In this document: in pieces, positions 45,036 through 56,058 of the stretch | Layout: each line of letters starts with the position of its first letter | How positions within the stretch are numbered: the stretch's first letter is position 1 | DNA from: Pseudanabaenaceae cyanobacterium | Lineage (GTDB): Bacteria > Cyanobacteriota > Cyanobacteriia > Pseudanabaenales > Pseudanabaenaceae | Reading direction: 5' to 3' | Length of the DNA stretch: 64,000 nucleotides | Assembly (NCBI GenBank): GCA_046295715.1 | Contig: JBKBMU010000005.1 | Span: 80,755-144,754, forward strand | Program-made: the position numbers and the translations under genes | The notes under the pieces: generated by a model | Told to the model about the DNA's origin: nothing | What the model saw: only the letters and a program-made list of their open reading frames with translations | Databases searched by the model: none

Positions 45036-46141
45036 GTTACAGTGAGCACTTGATCCAAAATTTGCGTAACTACAGTAGCAATACAGGCATCAACGATACA
45101 GGCGGCTAAATTAGGATCGCTGACGGCACTATAACCTCTTAGACTAAAACAAATAGACTGTAGTTTATGATTTTTAAGATAACAAGTATAGGCGATTTCT
45201 GTTCTGTGTCGATCGTTACTATAGCCAAATCCCATTTTAGATAGAACTAAAGCATGGGGACATACCCTGTCCACATAGCGGGCATTGTCCTTAGCCAAAG
45301 CAGTTACCAGTAACCGCAGATACTCCCACTGTCCCAGTGGTAATCTAGAATTAGTAGGTAAATGATCATGCCAGCCAATTAATGACATAATTCTAGTTAA
45401 ATCGTAGGCAGACAGATAATTTTTGCCTGTGCCTAGGTGATGGCTAGTTGTACTGTAATTTAATAGAACTTGACCAGTTTGGGGATCGATTAGTTGTGGT
45501 TGTTCTATCCATGGCAATTCCCCATACAGGCCCGTGAACTCTAAAGCTGAATTACCTGTAATCCCCTGTAGCCAAGCATTTAGTTCAGCAGGACTAAAAA
45601 ACTGCTTTAACATACCTGCTAGGGCATTAGAACTCATTTGGGGCTCGCTATAGTCCATGATGCGATCGTAAATTTGCCTGAGGGAGTAACCTCCTATTTG
45701 CCAATCTTCAGGTGGAGTAATGGGGCAATAACTGTCAATCTTAGTTAATAATGCTATCATTGGTACTACTTTAGTAGTGCTCCACATTTGCACTGGTACA
45801 AGGGCATTTTTGCCCCACCATTGGCAGTATAATTGCCCCTGCACAAAATATCCCACACAAACACAAGCCTCGGTAATTTCTATTGGTAGGAATTCTAATT
45901 TACTCTCATCAATGAGGGGAATCTGCGCTAACTCTGGATAAATTTGGGCATCACTTGGGGGCAGGTTACTATCTAATTTACTTTGCCATCTCTGCCACAC
46001 TTGTGCTAATTCAGTCTCGGAAAATTTGCGCCCTCGGTCTAACCACAACAGGCGATCGGCGTGGCAACCCTGCGCTAATTCCTCGGCAAGAATTGACTGA
46101 AATATCTTGTCGTAGTTCATCTCGGGGCGTTGGTTTGGCAT
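45032..46141 (-). CDS. hypothetical protein with serine beta-lactamase/PBP-like motif order (SxxK, SxN, KxG)
   Basis: 369 aa. S121-T-T-K, S170-S-N and K302-M-G occur in the order and approximate spacing of class A-type serine hydrolases. This is motif-level evidence only. Confidence 0.35.
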   Translation of the reverse strand: MPNQRPEMNYDKIFQSILAEELAQGCHADRLLWLDRGRKFSETELAQVWQRWQSKLDSNLPPSDAQIYPELAQIPLIDESKLEFLPIEITEACVCVGYFVQGQLYCQWWGKNALVPVQMWSTTKVVPMIALLTKIDSYCPITPPEDWQIGGYSLRQIYDRIMDYSEPQMSSNALAGMLKQFFSPAELNAWLQGITGNSALEFTGLYGELPWIEQPQLIDPQTGQVLLNYSTTSHHLGTGKNYLSAYDLTRIMSLIGWHDHLPTNSRLPLGQWEYLRLLVTALAKDNARYVDRVCPHALVLSKMGFGYSNDRHRTEIAYTCYLKNHKLQSICFSLRGYSAVSDPNLAACIVDACIATVVTQILDQVLTVT

Positions 46142-46245
46142 TATATCCTAGCACTGTAGAGTATCATAGAGAGGAAATTACTGTTGCAAGCATTGCAGCT
46201 ACTCACTACTTCTAAAATAGAAGAGAACTTAGCCCCAATCGAGTA

Positions 46246-46632
46246 ATGGAAGAAGTTAGAACTAAAGCTGAACTGCTCCTGCACCTAAAAAATATCGTGC
46301 ATCATCTCAATATCCCCACGATCGCCCATCACATTTTTATTTGCGCCGATCAGACCAACCCCAAATGCTGCGATAAGGATTTAAGTATCCAAGCGTGGGA
46401 ATATCTAAAACGACGGATCAACGAATTGAAACTGAACACTAGGGTTTTTCGCACTAAAGCTAATTGTTTGCGGGTGTGCCAAAAAGGGCCGATCGTTGTG
46501 ATCTATCCACAGGGAGTATGGTACTATGCCTGCACAGAACCTGTGCTGGAGCGAATTTTGCAGGAGCATATCATTGGTGGTCGGATAGTAGAAGAATATA
46601 TGCTCTACTGCTCAGATGCTAGTATGATTTAG
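46246..46632 (+). CDS. thioredoxin-like [2Fe-2S] ferredoxin-domain protein
   Basis: 128 aa. [14 protein letters not shown]......[19 protein letters not shown] has the Cys spacing typical of this family. Confidence 0.6.
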   Translation: MEEVRTKAELLLHLKNIVHHLNIPTIAHHIFICADQTNPKCCDKDLSIQAWEYLKRRINELKLNTRVFRTKANCLRVCQKGPIVVIYPQGVWYYACTEPVLERILQEHIIGGRIVEEYMLYCSDASMI

Positions 46633-46659
46633 AACTTACTACCTAAATAGATTATTTTT

Positions 46660-47655
46660 ATGGCAAAACTTTACTATGACCACGATGCTGACCTGAGTGT
46701 GTTGGCAGACAAGACCATCGCTATTATTGGCTATGGTTCACAGGGGCACGCCCACGCCCTCAACCTCAAAGACAGCGGCTTGCAAGTAGTGGTAGGCCTC
46801 TACAAAGGCAGTCGCTCTTGGCAGAAGGCAGAAGCCGACGGCTTGACTGTGAAAATGGTCGCCGATGCCGCCAGTGTCGCCGATGTAATTATGGTGTTAC
46901 TGCCCGACGAAGCCCAGCGGGAGATTTACACCCGTGAAATTGCGCCTAACCTGCAAGCTGGCAATAGTCTAGTATTTGCCCATGGGTTTAATATTCACTT
47001 TGGACAGGTAGTGCCGCCCCCCGATGTGGATGTGTGGATGGTTGCGCCCAAAGGCCCTGGACACCTAGTGCGGCGGGTATTCACCCAAGGGCAGGGCGTA
47101 CCTGCCCTATTTGCGATCCAACAGGATGCCACGGGTACAGCCAGAGCTAAGGCAATGGCTTACGCCAAGGGGATCGGAGCTACCCGTGCAGGTATCTTGG
47201 AAACCACTTTCCGGGAAGAAACAGAGACCGATTTGTTTGGGGAACAGGTGGTGCTGTGTGGCGGCTTGAGTGCCTTGATTAAAGCTGGTTTTGAGACCCT
47301 TGTGGAAGCGGGCTATCAACCTGAACTCGCTTATTTTGAATGTTTGCATGAGGTGAAACTGATTGTGGATTTGGTGGTAGAGGGAGGTTTAGCCAATATG
47401 CGCCACAGTATCTCTAATACGGCAGAGTATGGGGACTACACCCGTGGCCCGCGCCTAATTAACGAAGACACCCGCCGCGAGATGAAGAAAATTCTCGCCG
47501 AAATTCAAACGGGACAATTCGCTAAAGAATTCGTACTCGAGAACCAGGCTGGCAAGCCTTCCTTTACGGCGATGCGCCGTCGGGAAGCGGAGCATCCCAT
47601 TGAACAAGTGGGCAAGGAATTGCGAGCCATGTTTAGCTGGCTGAAGAAAGTCTAA
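46660..47655 (+). CDS. ilvC: ketol-acid reductoisomerase
   Basis: 331 aa carrying [21 protein letters not shown]..., FAHGFNIHF and [17 protein letters not shown]. Confidence 0.95.
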   Translation: MAKLYYDHDADLSVLADKTIAIIGYGSQGHAHALNLKDSGLQVVVGLYKGSRSWQKAEADGLTVKMVADAASVADVIMVLLPDEAQREIYTREIAPNLQAGNSLVFAHGFNIHFGQVVPPPDVDVWMVAPKGPGHLVRRVFTQGQGVPALFAIQQDATGTARAKAMAYAKGIGATRAGILETTFREETETDLFGEQVVLCGGLSALIKAGFETLVEAGYQPELAYFECLHEVKLIVDLVVEGGLANMRHSISNTAEYGDYTRGPRLINEDTRREMKKILAEIQTGQFAKEFVLENQAGKPSFTAMRRREAEHPIEQVGKELRAMFSWLKKV

Positions 47656-47656
47656 G

Positions 47657-47872
47657 CTATTCTTCCAGTTCCACCAGTGCAAAACATTCCCAAGTGGTGC
47701 GGTAGTGGATTTGGAAATTGACTACTTCCTTGACGCGTTTACCGTTGACTTCACTGCCGGGGAGTGAGTTCAACCAATCCACTACTTCTAGTGAGGAATT
47801 TTTTCGCCATAACTCTGAACCTGCCCCTGCATGGTAGGTGTTGCCATTGGTGTACACAACTCGTCGCGCCAT
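47657..47872 (-). CDS. hypothetical 71-aa protein
   Basis: ORF convergent with ilvC, with no family recognised. Confidence 0.35.
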   Translation of the reverse strand: MARRVVYTNGNTYHAGAGSELWRKNSSLEVVDWLNSLPGSEVNGKRVKEVVNFQIHYRTTWECFALVELEE

Positions 47873-47959
47873 AAGTTAACTTAAGTCTGGTTGCTCCTAT
47901 AACTGCTAGGTATAAATACTAGTTCAGTATTCACAGCTACTGTTTTTTGTTAAGGAAAA

Positions 47960-48397
47960 TTACAGATTTTTGAGGTAAGCGACCAAAGCCCGCAGTCCTA
48001 GACGATAGCTGTCAATGCCAAAGCCGCTGATCTGACCGATCGCCACAGGGGCAATGTAGGAGTGGTGGCGAAATTCTTCCCGACGATAGATATTGCTCAG
48101 ATGTACTTCCACAGTAGGAAGCTCCACGGCGGCGATCGCGTCTCTGAGGGCTACGCTGGTATGGGTTAAGCCTGCAGGGTTTATGAGAATGCCCTGTTTA
48201 GCACCGATCGCCTTGTGAATTGCATCAATGAGTACTCCCTCATAATTGGATTGGAGAATCTCCAGATTTGCCCCTAGTTCTTGGGCATCAGCGAGGAGCA
48301 GTTGGTTGATGTGGTTGAGCGTGGTTTTGCCGTAAATTTTTGGCTCTCTGCCCCCAAGGAGATTGAGGTTAGGTCCATGGAGTACCAGAATTTCCAT
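47960..48397 (-). CDS. aroQ: type II 3-dehydroquinate dehydratase
   Basis: 145 aa carrying [33 protein letters not shown] and [16 protein letters not shown]. Confidence 0.93.
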   Translation of the reverse strand: MEILVLHGPNLNLLGGREPKIYGKTTLNHINQLLLADAQELGANLEILQSNYEGVLIDAIHKAIGAKQGILINPAGLTHTSVALRDAIAAVELPTVEVHLSNIYRREEFRHHSYIAPVAIGQISGFGIDSYRLGLRALVAYLKNL

Positions 48398-48420
48398 ACA
48401 ACAGACCTAACCCTAGACAA

Positions 48421-48552
48421 TTATCTAAAACCGATTGCCGCTTGCCAGACAAACGCTAGGAGGAGGAAAAAGACTGGAATCACAGGTAGGACATCTACCA
48501 AGGGTTCTAGGAAACGGTAGGCTTCAGGAAGAGTAGCAATTGAGAACATCAT
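48421..48552 (-). CDS. psbK: photosystem II reaction centre protein K
   Basis: Own translation (43 aa, below the track cutoff): [43 protein letters not shown]. This is almost the PsbK consensus, and GAGG lies 7 nt upstream. Confidence 0.92.
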   Translation of the reverse strand: MMFSIATLPEAYRFLEPLVDVLPVIPVFFLLLAFVWQAAIGFR

Positions 48553-48641
48553 ATTAACCTCTGCTAGTAAATTTTTCTGTTATTGCTTGATAGTAGCATA
48601 TCTATACAGCCCATGGCAGGAAAAGGTGCTATGATATTTTT

Positions 48642-49139
48642 ATGGCTAAGTGGCGTTATCTAGTGGGGGCAATCGTTGCCATTGCCGGAGCACAGTTGTT
48701 ACAGGGCGGTGCATCCAGGAGTTTATTGAGTCGGGCTAGTCAAATTCAGGAGGGACAGCCCGTGCAGACGGCGGTACAACTGTTGGGCAAGCCCCAGCAA
48801 CAAGTGCCGATCGTGCGCTATGTGTGGCAGGGGCAGGATTTTGTCTATTGGGATGATTTCTGGGTACTGCCGTCAGGCAAACGGAGACATCCCAACGGGG
48901 CATTGTTTGCGCCTGTAACACCCAAACCTTCCAAGGCATACAGTGATTTTGTGAAGCGGCTGTTAGACCTGCCCCAGCATGCTTCCTTTGAGGAGGTGGT
49001 GCAGGTGTTGGGCAGACCTACCCGCCAGGTGGCAACGAATTTGGAAGAGTATTGGTGGCGATCGGGCAGAGAGGTAGTGATCCTACAGGTACGACGGGAT
49101 GGAACAGTTGGCTACATCACTTACTATGAAACCCAGTGA
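48642..49139 (+). CDS. hypothetical secreted/membrane-anchored protein
   Basis: 165 aa with an N-terminal hydrophobic segment (WRYLVGAIVAIAGAQLL). No family recognised. Confidence 0.45.
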   Translation: MAKWRYLVGAIVAIAGAQLLQGGASRSLLSRASQIQEGQPVQTAVQLLGKPQQQVPIVRYVWQGQDFVYWDDFWVLPSGKRRHPNGALFAPVTPKPSKAYSDFVKRLLDLPQHASFEEVVQVLGRPTRQVATNLEEYWWRSGREVVILQVRRDGTVGYITYYETQ

Positions 49140-49142
49140 AAA

Positions 49143-51140
49143 TCACTTGCCTAGGAGTTTTTGACGGAGTTGTTTAATTCTATCCCTGTACATTGCTGCC
49201 TGTTCAAATTCTTGTTGCTTGGCGGCAGATTTCATTTGCCCTTCCAACTGTTCAATCAGTTGGGGAATTTCATCGAGGGGGACTAGATCGGGGGGTAGCA
49301 CTGTGTATTCTGCCTGTTGCTCATGCAAGCGGCGGGAGATGGATAGAAAATCTAAGATCGCATTGCTAGATTTCTTCACAATTGGTTTGGGCGTGATGCC
49401 ATGTTCTTGATTGTAGGCGATTTGTAGCTGTCGCCTGCGCATCGTCTCATTGATCGCTTTTTCCATACTCTCCGTCAGGCGATCGGCATACATGATTACT
49501 TGTCCATTCACATTGCGCGCTGCTCTGCCAATGGTCTGAATTAGGGATCGTTCCGCTCTCAAAAAACCTTCCTTATCCGCATCCAGAATCGCCACTAAAG
49601 AAACTTCTGGTAAATCTAAACCTTCTCTGAGTAGATTCACGCCAATCAATACATCAAATTCTCCTTCTCTGAGGGCTTGGAGAATCTCAATTCTCTCAAT
49701 AGATTTAATATCCGAGTGCAAATAGCGGACAGGAATTTTGCGCTCCTGAAAATAATTGGTCAAATCTTCTGCCATTCTCTTTGTGAGCGTTGTAATTAAC
49801 ACTCTTTCCTTCCGTTCCATGCGTTTTCTAATTTCGCCGTACAAATCATCTACCTGCCCTGCGGTGGGTCGCACAAAGATTTCGGGGTCTAGTACACCTG
49901 TAGGGCGAATAATCTGCTCCACTATCTGTTCGGAAATTTCTAGCTCCCAATCCCCTGGGGTAGCGGACACAAAGATACACTGATGCACTTTAGCCCAGAA
50001 TTCTTCTGCCTTGAGAGGGCGATTATCTGCCGCTGAGGGCAAACGGAAACCATGTTCAATTAGGGTCAATTTGCGGGCGCGATCGCCATTGTACATTCCC
50101 CTGATTTGGGGCACTGTTACATGGGATTCATCCACCACCAACAGCCAATCATTGTGGGGAAAATAATCCACCAAACAAGCAGGTGGTTCGCCTGCTTGTC
50201 TGCCTGCCAGATGTCGTGAATAGTTTTCAATCCCATTACAGAAGCCCACTTCTCTGAGCAATTCCAAGTCATAGCGGGTGCGCTGTTCCAGCCGTTGTGC
50301 CTCTAGTAATTTATTGGCTCTCACTAATTCTTCCAATCTGTTTTCCAATTCCTCCTGGATCTGCTGACAGGCGATCTCCAATCGCTCTTGAGGGGTAACA
50401 AAGTGGCGGGCAGGATAGATATTCAAACTCTCCACTGTCTGTAAAATCTCGCCTGTTATAGGGTCAATGTAGCGGATCGCTTCGATCTCATCCCCAAAGA
50501 ACTCCAGCCGAATAATTCTATCTTCATAGGCTGGCCCAATCTCCAAAATGTCGCCCCTGACCCGAAACTTGCCCCTGCCCATTTCCACATCATTGCGATC
50601 GTATTGAATGCTAGCTAGGGCATAGAGCAATTCCCGCTGATCGCAGATGTCGCCAATTTTCAGGGGAATGGAAGCCTTGAGATACTCTTCAGGGATGCCC
50701 AAACCATAAATACAACTAATAGAAGCCACCACAATCACATCTCTGCGTTCAAATAGGGAACGGGTAGCCGAGTGCCTGAGCATATCGATTTCATCGTTGA
50801 TAGCCGCACTCTTTTCAATGTAAGTGTCAGTAACGGGAATATATGCTTCGGGTTGATAGTAATCGTAATAGGAAATGAAATATTCCACTGCATTGTGGGG
50901 GAAAAATTCTCTCAACTCATTGCATAACTGCGCCGCTAGGGTTTTATTGTGCGCCAATACTAGAGTGGGTTTGCCGTACTGAGCAATCACATTGGCGATC
51001 GTCATAGTTTTACCTGTACCCGTTGCCCCTAGTAGCGTCTGGTAACGCATACCCGATCGCAGTCCCGCTAGCAACTGAGCGATCGCTTTGGGCTGGTCGG
51101 CAGTAGGAGGCCATGGGGTCTTGAGCTGAAATCCAGACAT
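49143..51140 (-). CDS. uvrB: excinuclease ABC subunit B
   Basis: 665 aa with [16 protein letters not shown], helicase motifs and the C-terminal UVR domain ([15 protein letters not shown]). Confidence 0.95.
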   Translation of the reverse strand: MSGFQLKTPWPPTADQPKAIAQLLAGLRSGMRYQTLLGATGTGKTMTIANVIAQYGKPTLVLAHNKTLAAQLCNELREFFPHNAVEYFISYYDYYQPEAYIPVTDTYIEKSAAINDEIDMLRHSATRSLFERRDVIVVASISCIYGLGIPEEYLKASIPLKIGDICDQRELLYALASIQYDRNDVEMGRGKFRVRGDILEIGPAYEDRIIRLEFFGDEIEAIRYIDPITGEILQTVESLNIYPARHFVTPQERLEIACQQIQEELENRLEELVRANKLLEAQRLEQRTRYDLELLREVGFCNGIENYSRHLAGRQAGEPPACLVDYFPHNDWLLVVDESHVTVPQIRGMYNGDRARKLTLIEHGFRLPSAADNRPLKAEEFWAKVHQCIFVSATPGDWELEISEQIVEQIIRPTGVLDPEIFVRPTAGQVDDLYGEIRKRMERKERVLITTLTKRMAEDLTNYFQERKIPVRYLHSDIKSIERIEILQALREGEFDVLIGVNLLREGLDLPEVSLVAILDADKEGFLRAERSLIQTIGRAARNVNGQVIMYADRLTESMEKAINETMRRRQLQIAYNQEHGITPKPIVKKSSNAILDFLSISRRLHEQQAEYTVLPPDLVPLDEIPQLIEQLEGQMKSAAKQQEFEQAAMYRDRIKQLRQKLLGK

Positions 51141-51266
51141 AGGCTCAATTTAAGATTTGTTAAGTTCTGATATTACACCATATCTGAGTCTTTATGCTGA
51201 CTGCAATCCTCAAAGCCGTAGAATTAGGACTTTTTCTATCTGTGCTCAACGCCTTACGGCTAAGCT

Positions 51267-51608
51267 CTAGGGGCTTTCTAAACAGATAGAAAAACAATCA
51301 GCTACATCATTTGGTTCAGCATTTAGTCCAGGATAACGACTTGCTACTCCAAATCCAATTAGTTTTTCTAACTTGACCTCATCTGCATTCCATTCAGGTA
51401 CTGCTAGTTCATCGTGAATTCTCAAGAGATTATGAGTGTATTCAGTTGCTATCTGTCGCTGGACTAACAAAGCCTTCATCTTTTTTTCGGCGCACTGTTG
51501 AGCGTGAAAACAACAGATGTTGGGTAAATTAGGATGATTTCTGAGGAGCTACAGCACCAGCCAGTCTTCTTCAGCCTTTTTAACCCACTCTTGCCAAACC
51601 TCGATCAT
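51267..51608 (-). pseudogene. HEPN-domain protein (MNT/HEPN toxin-antitoxin type) with an in-frame stop
   Basis: Own translation from ATG 51608: MIEVWQEWVKKAEEDWLVL*LLRNHPNLPNICCFHAQQCAEKKMKALLVQ...ASRYPG. The TAG at 51549-51551 interrupts codon 20. The track ORF 51267..51479 is the in-frame remainder. Confidence 0.65.
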
Positions 51609-51735
51609 ATAAAACTCTCCCGTAATCAGCCATTTTAACCAGTGGATTGTATTGCTGGTAACGCCAAGCCACTTCCTCTGGGAACTTAACAATCAAATCC
51701 ACAGGAAACCGGCATTCCAAATTACTCCAGCCATA
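51580..51735 (-). pseudogene. nucleotidyltransferase (MNT) C-terminal fragment
   Basis: Own translation ...PVDLIVKFPEEVAWRYQQYNPLVKMADYGRVLYDRGLARVG*. The catalytic N-terminal GS..D.D part is missing. It overlaps the start of the HEPN gene, as in intact pairs. Confidence 0.55.
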
Positions 51736-51870
51736 TCAATACCTCTACCTTGGTAATCTAATAATCAGAATGTGTCTCACCATAAGCATAGATCTCTGGC
51801 TAAAATTTCTCCGCTATTTGCCGGGCTAGTGCTTCTATTTGGCGATCGCTGATTAGATGATTATTCATAA

Positions 51871-52437
51871 TTAAAACTCTGGCTCAGTAAAGAATTCACT
51901 CAAAGACAGAGAAAACCCTGGAATTACATCCTCTCCATCTAAAAAATCTCCTACTCTCAAGAACTTGTCTGGTTCTGGCTGATGATAAACTAATACATAT
52001 CGTTCATCGGGATGGATCAACCACACCAAGCGTGATCCACTGGCAAAATACTCTTCTATTTTTTGATGAATTTCTTCCACTGTGTTGCCATCTGATAATA
52101 CTTCAATTGCCAGATCAGGTGCCCCTCTAAAAAAGCCCTTAGTGAGCCTACCACTGCCCATCAATCTTGTTTTAGAAATAAATGAGCCATCAGGTGATCT
52201 TCTATTCCCAGATTCCATAATAAAAGCTGTACTGGAATCACAGACAATTCCCAAGTTGTGCTCCCGCACATAAATTGTAATCAAAGCCGCCAACAGGTTG
52301 GCATAGTAGCCATGTCTAAATCCCGCATTACCCATCTTTATTAGCTCTCCGTTAACAATTTCGTAGCGATCGCCCGTATCAGGCAATGCCATAAATTCTT
52401 TATCTGTCCAAGTTTTAGTGATAGTTTCCATATTCAT
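51871..52437 (-). CDS. Uma2-family (DUF820) endonuclease
   Basis: 188 aa. EFMALPDTGDRYEIVNGELI....HGYYANLLAAL...SPDGSFI...GAPDLAIEVLS.GNT......K...Y...G....WLIHPDERYV.VY has the PD-(D/E)XK arrangement typical of Uma2. Confidence 0.8.
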   Translation of the reverse strand: MNMETITKTWTDKEFMALPDTGDRYEIVNGELIKMGNAGFRHGYYANLLAALITIYVREHNLGIVCDSSTAFIMESGNRRSPDGSFISKTRLMGSGRLTKGFFRGAPDLAIEVLSDGNTVEEIHQKIEEYFASGSRLVWLIHPDERYVLVYHQPEPDKFLRVGDFLDGEDVIPGFSLSLSEFFTEPEF

Positions 52438-52561
52438 TAGTAGATGATAGTTACCTTCAACTCTACTTTTTTATTGTATTTATTGTACAAATCTTCTAGC
52501 CCTATGCTCAACTCCACGAACTCTAACTTGACAATATCTAAGATTCGATTGTATTCCATCA

Positions 52562-52990
52562 TTAGCCATAGTGAATCACTCTTATCTTATCCTGCTCAAT
52601 CAACAGATACTCGACAAAAGTAGGAATCGTGGGATAAGCCTCAAACTTCTCTCCACAATCATACCTCTAGTAGAATCTGATAACACTTCAGCCATCAATA
52701 AAGTATTAATTACCGTATCTTTTCTACCTTCTTGGCAACCATCACATCAGGATACGTATAAATCTGTCGATCGGGAATCCACAGGGGTTGATCGGTTGCA
52801 AACGCACGATAGGGCTTGCGCCGCAGGGCAAAATTAGGGTTGCTGCCAGATTTAGCACAATTAAATTGTGATTGGGTTTGCTTCCTGTTATTGATATATC
52901 ATGGCGCAAGTCAGACTTTACTTCCGCTTCCAAGTATTCTTGTGGGGAAATTTGTTTATTTACTCTCTCAACCATCTGTATCTGTACCAT
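52562..52990 (-). pseudogene. second Uma2-family gene, frameshifted and internally deleted
   Basis: The N-terminal part is track ORF 52742..52990 (SPQEYLEAEVKSDLRHD...NHNLIVLNLAATL). The C-terminal part is found in other frames: EVLSDSTRG and YDCGEKFEAYPTIPTFVEYLLIEQDKIRVIHYG*. Confidence 0.65.
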
Positions 52991-53636
52991 TGCTTATCTC
53001 CTTGTTGCTCTGGGTATTTCCACAAAACATAATCACTAAATTCTCCCAAAGAAAATCTCTGAAAAGTTCCTTGACTGGTATGCCTATCAATCCAAATCGG
53101 CAGGCTAATTAAACCGCGTTTATCCTTAACTAGCCAACGAATCATGCCATCAGTTTCTCGATACTTGTGAATGCCATTGACCATTGCCCAAGACTCTCCC
53201 AAGCTTAACCCGCCAAAGCGAATAATGTCTTTAGGAGATGACAGAGGGATCGCTACTCGTTCTGATAATTTGTATTGGTTAGTTCATTACCGGAGTCAAT
53301 TTTGAGAGCAATACGCACATCAGTCAGTACTTCATGAAAGTTCGGTTTGGAAAATTGACTAGCAGGATAGACTCCTGCAGTGAGCATTCATATCCTCTTC
53401 CCCCACCAGCGATAGGAGAAATCCATAGATAGTAGATAGGTTTCCTTGAAATCCCTTGCAAAGCTACGAGGGGAAAGGTCTATCCAATTTTCTGCCACTA
53501 CGAAGAAATAGTCATTTCAGGTAAAAACAACATAATTTGGGACTGTGAAAGCCCCCACTTGAGTTTTCTGCAAAAAAGGCGGGGGGTAAGGGATAAAATT
53601 ACTATATCTTGACTTCAGAAATCATATTTAAGAGAA

Positions 53637-54482
53637 CTATTGCCCAGCCAAAATGATTTTATCTTGACCGAGATAGGTAAGCGGATCGACTGGAGTTTTA
53701 CCATCAGGTTTGACCTCAAAATGTAGATGGGGAGCGGAGCTTCTGCCTGTACTACCCACTTCAGCGATCGCATCGCCTCTATTTACTAGCTGTCCCTTCT
53801 GAACTAGAATGCGGTGAGCATGGGCATAGAGAGTAACTGTACCGTCTGGATGACGGATTTCTAAATAGTGACCGTAACCATTCCCTTCATAGTCCACGGT
53901 AATCACAATACCTTCAGCCACTGCCCAAATGGGTGTGCCCATCGGGGCAGAAATATCAATTCCCTTGTGAAAACGCCGATCGCCTGTAATGGGATGGGTA
54001 CGGTAGCCAAATCCATCCGTAATTTGTCCCGCCACAGGTTGGAGAAAACCGCTAGGGGCTTGAGTAGGAGCGGGTGGCAGCAGTATCACCCACTTGCCTG
54101 AATTATCCGTAGTGAGGCGCAGAGCCGAAGTGTCTATTTGTTCATAAGCAGGGAATTCCACTACCAGACGAGTAGTTTGGGCATCACTTTTGCCAATGCG
54201 CAGGGTACGATCGCCAACCCTACGCCTCAGAGTAGCCCCGTTGTATTCCACATTTGGCAAATCAATCACTATGCGCAAAGGATTGAATAGTAGCATTCCT
54301 TTGGGTTCGATATCCGTAGGTACTGAGAATTCCAAACGACTCTGGGACACATCGTAAATGAAGTTTTGTAAGGGATTTGCCCACCCTGGGGGAGCAAGCA
54401 GAAGAATACCACTCAATACTACTAAAGTGCGCCACATATAGACTCTAGCTATACCCATGGGGGCAGATTTTAGCAGAAACAA
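53637..54482 (-). CDS. M23-family metallopeptidase with N-terminal AMIN-like domain
   Basis: 281 aa with a signal peptide. The M23 motifs are HKGIDISAPMGTPIWAVAEG and GSTGRSSAPHLHFEV. The N-terminal RLEFSV...PLRIVIDLPNV...TTRLVVEF has an AMIN-like pattern. Confidence 0.85.
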   Translation of the reverse strand: MFLLKSAPMGIARVYMWRTLVVLSGILLLAPPGWANPLQNFIYDVSQSRLEFSVPTDIEPKGMLLFNPLRIVIDLPNVEYNGATLRRRVGDRTLRIGKSDAQTTRLVVEFPAYEQIDTSALRLTTDNSGKWVILLPPAPTQAPSGFLQPVAGQITDGFGYRTHPITGDRRFHKGIDISAPMGTPIWAVAEGIVITVDYEGNGYGHYLEIRHPDGTVTLYAHAHRILVQKGQLVNRGDAIAEVGSTGRSSAPHLHFEVKPDGKTPVDPLTYLGQDKIILAGQ

Positions 54483-54740
54483 AACTGAGAGGATGTCATT
54501 TTTGAACGGTTATTGCCTCTTGTCCTGCGTAGGGAGTCGCCAAGGTTATGCTAGGGGTCTGTTGCATAAGAGACTAATGTGCTTAGGACTTACGGTTCAT
54601 GGGAGCCCTCAAACTCCCTCACTCCAGAATTTATTCTAAAGACCAGCGTAACTCTTGGTACTAAATTTGAGTTTCTCATATTTGCTCAATAAATGATTCG
54701 GTTACACTAGAGAAGCACTGCTAGTTATAGTGAACAATTT

Positions 54741-55478
54741 ATGTTGCTGTATCTTTCTACTTGGCAAGAGGTAGAGGCATATTTACAAAAATCCCAAGGC
54801 ATTATTATTCCCATCGGCTCCACTGAACAGCACGGTCCAACTGGTTTAATCGGTACAGATTTCATCTGTGCGGAGACGATCGCCAAGGGAGTAGGAGAAC
54901 GGACAGGTGCAATGGTCAGTTCTACGCTCACTATAGGTATGGCGGAGCATCATTTGGGCTTCCCCGGCACTATTAGTTTGCAACCTAAAACAATGATGTT
55001 ACTCATTTATGATGTGGTGCGATCGCTGGCTAAGCACGGGTTTCGGCGGTTATTTTTTATCAATGGACATGGGGGCAATATTGCGATCGTCCGCGCTACT
55101 TTTAGCGAAATTTATAATGATTTTCCTGAAGTACGCTGTCGTTTGGCTAACTGGTGGATGGGCAAAAATACTAGTAAATTAACCAGAGAATTGTACGGGG
55201 ATCAAGAGGGAGCCCACGCTACCCCCAGTGAAGTGGCGGTAACTATGTATGCCTATCCCCATGCCATCAAAAATGTAGAATTAACTACGCCAGCCCCACC
55301 GGATACGGGTATTTTTAGTCCTGAAGATTTTCGCAGGCGCTATCCTGATGGACGAATGGGGTCTAATCCTAAATTAGCAACTATTGAGCATGGTCAAAAA
55401 TTATATGAAACAGCTGTAGTGGAATTAGCTGACTACTATCTAAATTTCCTGAAAGATGATTCAGGAGTAGAAATTTAG
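54741..55478 (+). CDS. creatininase-family amidohydrolase
   Basis: 245 aa with IIIPIGSTEQHGPTGLIGTD and FINGHGGN motifs. Confidence 0.8.
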   Translation: MLLYLSTWQEVEAYLQKSQGIIIPIGSTEQHGPTGLIGTDFICAETIAKGVGERTGAMVSSTLTIGMAEHHLGFPGTISLQPKTMMLLIYDVVRSLAKHGFRRLFFINGHGGNIAIVRATFSEIYNDFPEVRCRLANWWMGKNTSKLTRELYGDQEGAHATPSEVAVTMYAYPHAIKNVELTTPAPPDTGIFSPEDFRRRYPDGRMGSNPKLATIEHGQKLYETAVVELADYYLNFLKDDSGVEI

Positions 55479-55639
55479 CTTTGCATCGGTCATGAGATGA
55501 GATTAGATGTTCTGCCACAAGCGCCTTTTCAAATTTGTGCAAGGTTGAGTTTAGGCTGTCGTGATGCTCCTAAACCCCTGACTCTAGCGGAGGCTGTCGC
55601 CCCCTGCCATCCCTTGAACCTTTCCTCAGTACAATTGAC

Positions 55640-55978
55640 CTATTCCACTAGGTATTGCATCTCGGCATTGGGGGCTAGAGTGATGCGGTCGCCTGCAACT
55701 AGATCGTAAGAACTGATTTTTTCCTTATTGTTGATGATAACTCCATTCACACTGGCTTTGCCTGTCATATCGCCGTCGAGGATGCGGTAGATGAACCTGC
55801 CGTCTTCACCCCTTACCCGCAACATTACCGCATGGTGGCGGGACACAAATCGTGAAAAAATCTGGATGTCATTGGATTCATCTCGCCCGATCGTGTACTT
55901 GAGACTGTCCAACACAATCCTTCTGACGCCCTTGGTGTCGTTGATCACCAAAATATGAGTAGCTGTTTTTTCGCTCAT
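55640..55978 (-). CDS. single-domain FHA protein
   Basis: 112 aa carrying YTIGRDESNDIQIFSRFVSRHHAVM...DGDMTGKASVNGVIINNK. Confidence 0.8.
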   Translation of the reverse strand: MSEKTATHILVINDTKGVRRIVLDSLKYTIGRDESNDIQIFSRFVSRHHAVMLRVRGEDGRFIYRILDGDMTGKASVNGVIINNKEKISSYDLVAGDRITLAPNAEMQYLVE

Positions 55979-56058
55979 TGGGTTATCATACAGCTTTAGC
56001 TCTGGATTTATGCCAACTATTTTTATATCTCATTCTCAGGCTAGTTTAGCGATTTGGT

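Noticed and set aside
55497-55709. Intergenic or overlapping track ORFs without support (55497..55709, 39021..39203, 39464..39655, 43556..43789, 54457..54639, 62577..62771, 63389..63625, 63744..63980)
   Set aside because: They have no ribosome-binding site and odd composition. They overlap repeat scars or run antisense to the clearly coding cellulose synthase, FHA and membrane genes.
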